From positions 32,001 to 96,000 of IMG/VR virus record IMGVR_UViG_3300014257_000015: DNA of 64,000 nt. One strand, 5' to 3'. The notes below the pieces were generated by a model. The model searched no databases. It saw only the letters and a list, made by a program, of their open reading frames with translations, and was not told the origin of the DNA. Shown in pieces: positions 1 to 8,844 of the stretch. The DNA comes from a virus. Position 1 is the first letter of the stretch. Each line of letters opens with the position of its first letter. The translations under genes were made by a program, and so were the position numbers.

Positions 1-19
1 GTTAAAAAACAAGGGATAC

Positions 20-350
20 ATCCAATTGATTGGTGGAGAATCGATAGGCGAACCTACCAAAATACAATTGGAACTGTTGGCAATGATCAGTGGTCGAAAC
101 CATTTCGTGAGGCTTTCCGATGGTTGATTGGAATGATAGAAGATACGCCAATCAACCATTCAATTCCCATAGTCTGTTGTATCAACTCCAATCGCATAAA
201 ATACCAATCTATTGGTTTTCCAATCAAAAATTGGAATTCAAATTACACAAGACTATGGTTATAACGATTGGAGTGCTATTTCAAAACTCCAATCGCCATC
301 AAAATTCACACTTTAACAATCGGTGGAAAATTAACAACAACTCCAATATG
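20..350. repeat. AT-rich region with dense CCAAT/ATTGG pentamers; candidate origin/iteron-like region
   Basis: 13 CCAAT/ATTGG copies counted by hand in ~330 nt, upstream of the initiator-DnaC-DnaB genes; overlapping ORFs look non-coding. Confidence 0.45.
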
Positions 351-749
351 AAGTTACTGTGCAAACTGAACATTGCGTTATGTTATTTGTATGGCTATTT
401 TTCACATCAGCAATTCGGTGGGAAATCATTCCACCATCATTCTGCGCACCTAGTGGCGGAGCGACTCGAATTTGAACAAGTTACATCTGGTGGACAACTC
501 GAATACGATCACACAACTTTGTGTTCATCGAAGGCTGTTTCACAGCACATCTATAAACCCATATCTCATGCAAAAAGTGCAGTGAATTTTGCCACTTTCT
601 CCAATTTTGCAAATTTTGTGTTTCCACCACACCACAACTCAAAATCGTACACAAGATGTTGTGTATTTTTAACAACTCTGGCATGTTCTGTAATTTATTT
701 CTTGTATCACAGAAATATAAACACAAGAACATGGAAAGGATGAACGACT

Positions 750-1931
750 ATGGGTGGACAGTGTGGAAAGTCAAAAACTGGGAGTTTTTCCAGGTTGAAA
801 TCGGTGGCAGCATTGGAATCCAAGATTGGAATGGCAATCTCCAAGCTGACAATTGGTGACGACGGAAAGTCATCAATAGTGTTAGTACGAACAAGGATTC
901 CACCACCACCAACTGATTCTGAACAAGAAGAAGACGATCGAGAAGGCGACAAACCGAACCAACCATCAGTAACCAGCAAGGTTACTGGCACCGATAGCAG
1001 GCAGTCTATAGTTAGTAAAAATACGTCAAATCAACCAGAAAATACACTGGAACGAGAATTCAATCCAATACGTGGCCGGAAAACAGATAATGGGCAAAAA
1101 AAAATACCCCACCCTATTCATAAATATATAGATTCTTTATCTAGTAAAAACAGTTCAGGAAAAAAGAAAGTAAACCAATCAGAGAAAAACCAAAAAGGAA
1201 AGGAAACGGGGCAGGGCAAAAAAATTGGAATCAAGAATCTCGATTGGGACAAGATTGATTTGACTGGAAAGCCTGCGTTCAGATGGGACATGTGCGATGA
1301 AGACCGCGTGAAGGTGAAACACATACTCGCCCGCCCAGCACGTGATTGGGGTGCTCGCCAACTGACCAACAAGCTCACATCTGAGTTCAGGCGCTATTAC
1401 ACCAGGTACAGAATCGAGGTCTTGAAAGCCAAGGGATGTCAACCGCAAGGCTACACATTCATGGATCGTGAAGTGCGCTACGCTCGGCAATGCGCAATCC
1501 TATGCGTTGTGAAAGGCGTAACACCGCGACAGTTGCTTGAATACTGGCACGTCAACATTGGGAATTTTGCCGACAGGAAAATGAAGATCCCGCCCATTGC
1601 GTTCCTTGCTTGCCCAGCGAACATCGACTCAGTAGCCTGCGCCGTCGATGCACAGCAGGAAGAAGCGTGTAAAAAATGGCGTCCTGGAGACTTTACGCGC
1701 CAAGTCACAAATCACGGCTTCAGCGACGAGAGCACGCTTCACAAAGATCTGCGTCGGACCATCGAAGCGGCGGGCATTGACACTCGTGAGTATGACGACA
1801 GGTTCCTGCTTTCGGTGCAACATGCTGCCCGGGCGAAAGCTCGGGGGACAAGCATTTTTATCAGCAACACAATGAAACCAATGGTGAAAGCGGTTTTGAA
1901 GTTGTTTCGCGAGGTTGAGGATGAGGACTGA
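750..1931 (+). CDS. putative replication initiator / origin-binding protein (start uncertain, 750 or 831)
   Basis: 393 aa; low-complexity N-half, globular C-half; overlaps the DnaC-like gene (initiator-loader-helicase order). Function from synteny only. Confidence 0.45.
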   Translation: MGGQCGKSKTGSFSRLKSVAALESKIGMAISKLTIGDDGKSSIVLVRTRIPPPPTDSEQEEDDREGDKPNQPSVTSKVTGTDSRQSIVSKNTSNQPENTLEREFNPIRGRKTDNGQKKIPHPIHKYIDSLSSKNSSGKKKVNQSEKNQKGKETGQGKKIGIKNLDWDKIDLTGKPAFRWDMCDEDRVKVKHILARPARDWGARQLTNKLTSEFRRYYTRYRIEVLKAKGCQPQGYTFMDREVRYARQCAILCVVKGVTPRQLLEYWHVNIGNFADRKMKIPPIAFLACPANIDSVACAVDAQQEEACKKWRPGDFTRQVTNHGFSDESTLHKDLRRTIEAAGIDTREYDDRFLLSVQHAARAKARGTSIFISNTMKPMVKAVLKLFREVEDED

Positions 1932-2646
1932 AACAGAGGTGGAGGAATTCAAGGCACAGGCCCAGGATGCGTACATCCTCAGATGCAAGGTGTGTGGCGG
2001 GGATGATCCGGCTTGTTCTTGTAATGTGAAATTTCGCATTGCTGTCGCGGCGTATGAGGCCGGGATACCAAGGCTATTTTGGAACAAAACGTCCAAAAAT
2101 GTCCGCCGTAACAAGAGCATCTTCAATGGTGTGGTGGCTCCATATGTTGAGCGTTTGAAGAAAGCGCGTCTTCACGGATATGGGTTGTTGTTCGTTGGGG
2201 ACAATGGAACTGGGAAGACAATGTTTGCGACGTATGTGTTGATGGAGGCGATACGCAAGGGATACACGGCATACTACACAACAATGCCACAATTGGATTG
2301 GGATATCAAGGCCGGATTCAAAGAGCACAAGGCCGAAGATCGGCTAAACTGGCTGTTGTCGTCTGACTTTGTGGCTATTGACGAAATGGGGAAAGAACGA
2401 CACGGGAAGAATCCCAACGACACATACTTGAACACCCAGGTGGAAAGGATTCTGAAGCAGCGATGTGATGACGATATGCCGTTACTGTTGGCCACGAACA
2501 TGAATACCAATGACCTGTTCGAGCACTATGGGCCGACTGTTGAGTCAATGGTGGGAGGAAAATTCCAGGTAGCGGCGTTGACACCGGGTGACTATCGAAA
2601 ACGACTTCAGAAGCAGATGCAAAAAGACATGGGATATGGCGAATGA
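1921..2646 (+). CDS. dnaC: DnaC/IstB-like AAA+ helicase loader
   Basis: N-terminal CKVC..CSC Zn motif, Walker A GDNGTGKT, Walker B VAIDEMG, LLATN; adjacent to DnaB. Confidence 0.85.
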   Translation: MRTETEVEEFKAQAQDAYILRCKVCGGDDPACSCNVKFRIAVAAYEAGIPRLFWNKTSKNVRRNKSIFNGVVAPYVERLKKARLHGYGLLFVGDNGTGKTMFATYVLMEAIRKGYTAYYTTMPQLDWDIKAGFKEHKAEDRLNWLLSSDFVAIDEMGKERHGKNPNDTYLNTQVERILKQRCDDDMPLLLATNMNTNDLFEHYGPTVESMVGGKFQVAALTPGDYRKRLQKQMQKDMGYGE

Positions 2647-4028
2647 CAGTGAAGTTTGACAAGGATTTTGAAGAAGACGTGTTGGCCTGTGCGTTGCTTG
2701 ACACGGCGTATTTGAAATCAGCGTCGAGACTTTTGGAAGCTCACCACTTCCACTCAAAGCAGCACGGGTGGATTTGGTCAACGATGAAGAAAATATGGGA
2801 GGTGCACAAGGAACGCGCCACCGGGAAGTTGATTGTTGCGCACGCCCGTAGGGATTGGCCGGATGATGAAGAGCGCGAGACGGTGATCGAGCTGGCTCGC
2901 AAGGTGATCAAACTTCGTCCAGCCGCTGGCAAAGCGACGTTGGAAGAATTGGCGAAGTTTGTGAAATTCGCCTCTGCGCAAATGGCACTAGAGGCGAGCG
3001 CGAAGGCTTTGGAAAAGGGCGACGTTGATGATGCGTACAATGAGTTGCGTCGCTGCGTTCGCAAGAACATTGACCCGAAGGCGTACAGCCACATACCATG
3101 GTACGAGGGGTTGGCTGAACGAATGGCTGACCGCAAGTATCGCAAGGAACACCCAGAGGAATTCCCGCGCGTCCCTACTGGATTTGATAGATTGGATAGG
3201 ATATTGAGTGGCGGGTTGGAAATAGCTGAGATGGGTATGGTGCTCGGAACGACAGGAAAGGGGAAGTCAATCTGTCTCACCAACATGTGTTATTCTGGTG
3301 TTGTGAAAGGAATTCCATCGGCGTATTTTTCAATGGAAATGCCTGCGTCGCAAATTGGAATGAGACACGACGCACGCTGGCTGAAAATACCGTATCGCAA
3401 GCTGAAAGAATTCGATTTCACGAAGGTTGAGATTGATGAGATATCACGAAAGCGTCGCAGATTCAGAAAAAAATTCGAGAACATGCTTCACATCATCGCC
3501 ACCCCGCTGAGACAATGCACCCTCGATACCATCCGATTTGCCCTCGATGATCTGTATTCTGACTACAAGTTTCGCCCCAGGGCTGTTTACCTGGATTCAG
3601 CAGACCACATGAGCCCGATCACAATGGGTGCTCGCGAGGAATATCGCTTGCGCCAAGCCGCCGTGTACTGGGAAGTTGCTGACTGGTGCGGCGAAGAGGG
3701 GATTGCTGTGTGGACATCGACGCACGCCGGGCGTGATTGGGCTGATAAGATCGCTGAAGTTGAATCAGCGGGCGAAAGCTATGACAAGGCGCGAATTGTT
3801 GATGTGGCGTTTTCATTGAATCGACCAAAAAAGAAAACACGCTCGTCTGTTGTGACGGATGATGACGATGATGGCGAGGAAGTAAAATCACGCTGCAAGG
3901 GCGATTACATGGAGTTGCGATTGGGAAAGTATCGCGATGGAAAGAGCTTGATCACCATTCCAATCGATGCTGACTTTGCGATGATGCACATGTCTGAGAT
4001 CGAGGAAGATGAAGAGGAAGAAGCATAA
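2643..4028 (+). CDS. dnaB: DnaB-like replicative helicase
   Basis: PTGFDRLDRILSGG, Walker A GTTGKGKS, YFSMEM, KYRDG. Confidence 0.9.
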   Translation: MTVKFDKDFEEDVLACALLDTAYLKSASRLLEAHHFHSKQHGWIWSTMKKIWEVHKERATGKLIVAHARRDWPDDEERETVIELARKVIKLRPAAGKATLEELAKFVKFASAQMALEASAKALEKGDVDDAYNELRRCVRKNIDPKAYSHIPWYEGLAERMADRKYRKEHPEEFPRVPTGFDRLDRILSGGLEIAEMGMVLGTTGKGKSICLTNMCYSGVVKGIPSAYFSMEMPASQIGMRHDARWLKIPYRKLKEFDFTKVEIDEISRKRRRFRKKFENMLHIIATPLRQCTLDTIRFALDDLYSDYKFRPRAVYLDSADHMSPITMGAREEYRLRQAAVYWEVADWCGEEGIAVWTSTHAGRDWADKIAEVESAGESYDKARIVDVAFSLNRPKKKTRSSVVTDDDDDGEEVKSRCKGDYMELRLGKYRDGKSLITIPIDADFAMMHMSEIEEDEEEEA

Positions 4029-4558
4029 TGAGCACGAAGATTTACTATGCTTGTAGGGTGCGAATTCCACAGTTGAATCGGTTGATTGATTTCATGCGTG
4101 ATCAAATGTTTCGCCTTGCGGCTGATATGTTCTCTCGCAGTTATGGCCTGGAACTTGGTGAAGATCAGAAGACAGCGTTCAATCGTGCATTTGATCAACT
4201 TGCAAGCACCCCAGAAGAGTTTCGGAATATTGATCTGGAGTGCGGGTTGAACGTCTGGATTCATGGGCATTACTCGTACATCATTCCAATAGCAACAAAA
4301 GCAATTCTTCGTGAAATTCATTGGCCTGAATTTGCAGAAGATTACAGTTATTGGAACAACACAGAAGAACCGGATGGTGTGACGCGCTCCCAATGGGCAA
4401 ATCGTGGAAAGACTTGGGGGAGAATAAATTGCGGAGAAGGTATTTCAGATCACAACGCGCGCCGAATGTACCACGCTGTTGTTGAGTTTCAGGGGAATGA
4501 TTGGGGCGTAAGGCGTGAGTTGGCTATGAGAATGAACATTGTTGGATATGGGGAATGA
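4028..4558 (+). CDS. hypothetical protein
   Basis: 176 aa, TAATG coupling to dnaB. Confidence 0.7.
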   Translation: MSTKIYYACRVRIPQLNRLIDFMRDQMFRLAADMFSRSYGLELGEDQKTAFNRAFDQLASTPEEFRNIDLECGLNVWIHGHYSYIIPIATKAILREIHWPEFAEDYSYWNNTEEPDGVTRSQWANRGKTWGRINCGEGISDHNARRMYHAVVEFQGNDWGVRRELAMRMNIVGYGE

Positions 4559-5036
4559 TTTGATGCCGCGTGTCGTGAGTTTCCCTCTGTTGGATGTGTA
4601 TTCAAAGTTGGCACGTGGTTTGATCACTGTGGAAGAGTTTGCGAATGAAACACGAGGCGACGGGTTAAAGCCTGTGGTGAAAGAAGTTGGAGTTTTGGAA
4701 ATGAGCAAAAGAGAAGACACCAGACAAATTGACATTGACGGAATCGTTGTGGAGAGGATCATTGATGTAATAGCCAGGGCGATTTCCACAGATAGAAAGG
4801 CTGTTGAAATACTTTTGTCTGTTCGGGTGCCTTGCTCCGAAGATTTGACGCAAGATCCATCCATTCAGACAGAGCGCGATGCGGACGGCGATCCAATTTT
4901 GACTGTAAAAGGGTTGCTGGCCGGGATAGCCGGTTGCCACGAAGGCGGGGAACCGAAGTTGTCTTTTGTGTACAGGACTGAAGACGAAAAACACAGACCA
5001 TCATTTCTACTCGGGGTGGAGTCGGTGCGACAGTGA
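4539..5036 (+). CDS. hypothetical protein (start uncertain)
   Basis: fills gap in operon, GTGA overlap with MTase. Confidence 0.6.
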   Translation: MLDMGNDLMPRVVSFPLLDVYSKLARGLITVEEFANETRGDGLKPVVKEVGVLEMSKREDTRQIDIDGIVVERIIDVIARAISTDRKAVEILLSVRVPCSEDLTQDPSIQTERDADGDPILTVKGLLAGIAGCHEGGEPKLSFVYRTEDEKHRPSFLLGVESVRQ

Positions 5037-5716
5037 GCAAAGTCAGATTGATTTTGGATGACGCCATCGCGGGCATCCAGCGGCTCGAAGATTCTAGTGT
5101 GGATTTGGTGCTGACAGATCCGCCGTATGAGTCGTTGGAAAAGTGGAGGGCGACGGGAACCACAACACGATTGCGCCATAGCAAGATGAGCTCGAATGAT
5201 TGGTTTGAAATCTTTCCGAACGAAAGATTCAATGGGCTGTTCGCCGAATGTTTTCGTGTGATGAAAACGGGTTCGCATTTATACATGTTCTGTGACGATG
5301 AAACCAGCGATATTGCGAAGGCAGAGATGGTGTCTGCTGGTTTTTGTGTTTGGAAACGGCTGGTGTGGGATAAGAGGGTGATTAGCACGGGCTATCACTA
5401 CCGAAACCAGCATGAGTTCATTTTGTTCGCAGAAAAGGGACACCGCAATCTGAATGACCGATCGATCCCGTCGATTTTGCGGTGCAAACGCATCGCGAAA
5501 GGGTACCCGGCTGAAAAGCCGGTTGAGCTTCAAAACATCCTCGTGTCACAGTCCGCTTCCGAGGGCGATGTGTTGCTGGATCCGTTTTGTGGTTCTGCGT
5601 CCAGCGGCGAAGCGGCGTTGAATTTTGGGCTAGACTATATTGGCGTGGATATCAGCGAGAAGGCATTGAAGATCGCTGTGAAGAGGCTAAAAGGCAAGGG
5701 CGCACGTGTCATTTAA
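5033..5716 (+). CDS. DNA amino-methyltransferase (N6-A/N4-C, beta class)
   Basis: TDPPY catalytic motif before YPAEKP and LDPFCGS SAM-binding motif. Confidence 0.92.
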   Translation: MSKVRLILDDAIAGIQRLEDSSVDLVLTDPPYESLEKWRATGTTTRLRHSKMSSNDWFEIFPNERFNGLFAECFRVMKTGSHLYMFCDDETSDIAKAEMVSAGFCVWKRLVWDKRVISTGYHYRNQHEFILFAEKGHRNLNDRSIPSILRCKRIAKGYPAEKPVELQNILVSQSASEGDVLLDPFCGSASSGEAALNFGLDYIGVDISEKALKIAVKRLKGKGARVI

Positions 5717-6725
5717 TGTGGCAGATTATGCTTCGTCGAAGCTTGAAGGCGTTCGGATAGGCGCAGGTGGCGAAATCAACGCTACGTGCCCGTTCTGTGG
5801 CAAGTCAGGTGGTTTTTACATCAACCCGAAGACTGGCGCGTACATCTGTCACAAGCTTCACTGTGATCAACGCGGTCGCACCATCGTCGGCCTCATCGCA
5901 CACGTTGAAGGGATTTCCAGGGCTGAGGCATACGGGTGGCTTTTCAAGGAGTCGGTGCGATGGTCAAGGCGTGAAGAGACGCCCGAGACGTTGCTAGACA
6001 AGATACGAGAATTGCGAGACATCGAAGGCGACGAAGAAGATGAGTTGGTGGAAGCGCCTTTGCCCGTCGGATTCAAGAGCGTATGGGATGCAAAAAAAGG
6101 ATGTTGGCGATACCCGAGTTATTTGAAGCAGCGTGGAATCAAAAAGAAAACGGCGAAAGAGTGGGGGATTGGATACTGTGACAAGGGCCGTTTCGGCGGT
6201 CGAATCATCATACCAATCGATTGTCCCAATGGACACAGCTTTACCGCAAGGGACGCGACAGGAGAACAACAACCCAAATACCTCAATCCAACTGGTGTTG
6301 ATCACGGGCGCCTTCTCCTCGGTTGGAATCAATGCGAATTGGATGGGGATGTGGTGTTGGTAGAGGGGCCGTTGGATGTGATCACGATGTGGCAGCACGG
6401 TATTTCTAGCATGGCATTGCTCGGGAAAGTGTTGCACCCAGCGCAACTCGCCATGTTGTTCAAAAAGCCTCTTGATTCTGCGATAACTGTCCTGTTAGAC
6501 CCAGATCAGCCAGCTGCCCCCTATGACGTGGCGAAACAATTGACATGTCGATTCGATCACGTGTATGTCGCTCGATTACCTGACGGGGTTGACCCTGGCG
6601 AATCGACGTTGGAGCAGGCGAAAAAAGCTGTGTCAAATGCAAAGAAATACAAGGGTGAGCGGAATCCAGCATTGATGGCTAGATTGGAATCGGTGCAGAA
6701 AAAATTGGAAAACATGTATGGGTGA
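5706..6725 (+). CDS. dnaG: DNA primase (Zn finger + TOPRIM)
   Basis: CPFC..CHKLHC, FGGRIIIPI, PKYLN, LVEGPLD, DPD. Confidence 0.9.
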   Translation: MSFNVADYASSKLEGVRIGAGGEINATCPFCGKSGGFYINPKTGAYICHKLHCDQRGRTIVGLIAHVEGISRAEAYGWLFKESVRWSRREETPETLLDKIRELRDIEGDEEDELVEAPLPVGFKSVWDAKKGCWRYPSYLKQRGIKKKTAKEWGIGYCDKGRFGGRIIIPIDCPNGHSFTARDATGEQQPKYLNPTGVDHGRLLLGWNQCELDGDVVLVEGPLDVITMWQHGISSMALLGKVLHPAQLAMLFKKPLDSAITVLLDPDQPAAPYDVAKQLTCRFDHVYVARLPDGVDPGESTLEQAKKAVSNAKKYKGERNPALMARLESVQKKLENMYG

Positions 6726-6834
6726 AAGGTACTTTCAATCCAAAAAAAAGTACCTCTGTACGTCGATTTTGGTCGACTTCCAATTCAATTGGAGCTAGAA
6801 TCATAATATAACGAAACGAAAGGAACCGGCCATG
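6725..6834 (+). promoter_or_regulatory. repeated promoter cassette copy 1: inverted repeat + sigma70-type promoter with palindromic spacer + conserved RBS
   Basis: AGGTACTTT..AAAGTACCT; TCGACT(6773)-17nt-TAGAAT(6796); TCCAATT-C-AATTGGA in spacer; AGGAACCGGCCATG; near-identical to 44247-44361. Confidence 0.85.
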
Positions 6835-7236
6835 AAGATCACGATCAAAGACGATTTCGCAGGGAACATCGAAGTCGACACGTACAGAAGAGACAAAGTG
6901 GTATACAAAAAGGGCGCAATGATTTGTTTCGTAGCGCCTTGGTCTAATTCGGGGTGCCCGCTTACCCTTTCGATTTCCATATGTCCAGATGGCTCTATTT
7001 TGCATCGAGGTTGGAGTTGGACTGGCGATCGTGCTTGCAATTATCTCCATACGACAGCCAAGGCAGAAGACGTTGAGGTCACTTCGGAGATGGAAGAAAC
7101 TTTGGCAGGGCTTTGGAGCGGTCGCATCAAGGTGGACGGAATCAAGATCGCCGTGGGAGCAACGCCACAACGCATTTGTCCAATCAATCTCGATGATGAA
7201 GAGAAACGAGCAGGCAAAAAATTATTTGTGGCTTAA
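6832..7236 (+). CDS. hypothetical protein
   Basis: starts at conserved GGAACCGGCCATG leader. Confidence 0.75.
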   Translation: MKITIKDDFAGNIEVDTYRRDKVVYKKGAMICFVAPWSNSGCPLTLSISICPDGSILHRGWSWTGDRACNYLHTTAKAEDVEVTSEMEETLAGLWSGRIKVDGIKIAVGATPQRICPINLDDEEKRAGKKLFVA

Positions 7237-7259
7237 CAAATCAGCCAGGAGAATCGGCC

Positions 7260-7595
7260 ATGTCGCAGAAAATCCAAATCAACGAAAAAGTCAGTCTGGT
7301 CATGAACCAATGGACGAAGCATAGCCGAAGCATCATAGTTGTGAGCCTACAAGACGGCTATTGGATTGAAATCAACGTTTCACAACACACTCGTTGGAAA
7401 GACAGCGCTCCAGAAGAAGTGAAGATCAATTGGCCAGCTATTGGCGGAACGACTGTTAAAAATACACAGGAGTTCATGTCATTGTTGTCGATAGCAGCAT
7501 TCGTGGCCACCAAAATTGAATCTATCAGCGAATGGAAAGAAGTTGAAAACATCGAAGAGATCTTTGGTACAAAGATTGGCGGCGAGGTGAAATGA
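7260..7595 (+). CDS. hypothetical protein
   Basis: GGAGAATCGGCCATG leader. Confidence 0.75.
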   Translation: MSQKIQINEKVSLVMNQWTKHSRSIIVVSLQDGYWIEINVSQHTRWKDSAPEEVKINWPAIGGTTVKNTQEFMSLLSIAAFVATKIESISEWKEVENIEEIFGTKIGGEVK

Positions 7596-8755
7596 TGGGA
7601 AGTGTACGAAGTAGACTTGATTCGAAGGGGCGTGAGAAAGTCCAATGCATGGTCTGCAATGAATGGCACCATCGTTTGGATGTGCACCTTAGCAAGAAAC
7701 ATGGCATGAATGCGAAAGAGTACACAGTCAAGTATCGAGGCGCCCCGACAATCTCTGAAGCAGCGAAGGAAACAGCCCGTGCAGCGCAGATCAAGGCTGG
7801 TGAAGAGCGAAAAATCATTGCATCTGCTGACATGGGAACCGGGGAAGACCTGACATCATTCAGGATTGGTGTGGTGGTGTTGAATCGTCGAACAGCGCTT
7901 TCAGAGCAAGACAAAGCTCGAATCCCAAAACACGATGAGCGTTGGATACCTGGGAAGCGTGAGAAGGAACAAATGGAGTGCATTGCACTCGGCATTAGCA
8001 ATCGCGAAAACATCTTTATCTTCGGTCCGACGGGATGTGGAAAAACCACCATCATCGAAGAAATGGCTGCATTACTTGACCAACCATGTATTCGTGTACA
8101 GGCAAATCGCAAGTTGACCATCGAGGATTTCGTTGGCCAGCAATCACTTTCGGTCGTGGACAACCAACACGTCACAGAATGGCAAGACGGCGTTCTGACG
8201 CAAGCCATGAGAAACGGGTGGTGGATCGTGCTGGATGAAATCACCGGGGCCGAGGCAGGGATTTTGCTGCGACTTCAGGCTGTGCTTGAAGGGAAGCCAT
8301 TGGTGCTCACCGAGAACGGCGGCGAGATTGTAGAACCACACCAGCACTTCCGAATCATCGCTAGTGACAACACAAATGGCCGGGGGGATAACAGCGGGTT
8401 GTACGTTGGGACAAACTTGATGAATGAAGCAACGCTAGACAGATTTGGTGTTGTGATCAAGGCCGAATATCCTGACGCCGCGACAGAGAACAACATTTTG
8501 ACATCGAAGGGCGGCGTGCCAAAGGACACTGCGCGGAAGATGGTTGAGGTGGCGGTGCGGGTGCGCGAGGCGATGTCCAACGAGACGTGCTATTGCACAT
8601 TCAGCACTCGTCGATTGATTTCTTGGGCTGCGAAAGCGCAGCAACTGGGAAACGTACGTATGGCTGCGAAGATCTCAATAACAAACAAATTATCCCCCGA
8701 AGACGCCAAGTTTGTCGACGGTTTGATACAAAGATACTTCGGAGGAGACATCTGA
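7592..8755 (+). CDS. MoxR/CobS/CbbQ-type AAA+ ATPase with N-terminal C2H2 (Ros/MucR-like) finger
   Basis: CMVC..HL..KH; GPTGCGKT; IVLDEI; NEATLDRF; FSTRRL. Confidence 0.88.
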   Translation: MMGSVRSRLDSKGREKVQCMVCNEWHHRLDVHLSKKHGMNAKEYTVKYRGAPTISEAAKETARAAQIKAGEERKIIASADMGTGEDLTSFRIGVVVLNRRTALSEQDKARIPKHDERWIPGKREKEQMECIALGISNRENIFIFGPTGCGKTTIIEEMAALLDQPCIRVQANRKLTIEDFVGQQSLSVVDNQHVTEWQDGVLTQAMRNGWWIVLDEITGAEAGILLRLQAVLEGKPLVLTENGGEIVEPHQHFRIIASDNTNGRGDNSGLYVGTNLMNEATLDRFGVVIKAEYPDAATENNILTSKGGVPKDTARKMVEVAVRVREAMSNETCYCTFSTRRLISWAAKAQQLGNVRMAAKISITNKLSPEDAKFVDGLIQRYFGGDI

Positions 8756-8844
8756 TAAACCAATAGGTTTTGCCTTTGTGGCAACTTTTCTATTGACTTA
8801 TGCGGTGTCGCTCGGTTAGAGTCGCCGCATGATGAGGACCGGCC

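Noticed and set aside
120-743. 207-aa ORF as a real gene
   Set aside because: No RBS or motif, atypical His/Asn/Phe-rich composition, overlaps the CCAAT array; cannot be fully excluded.
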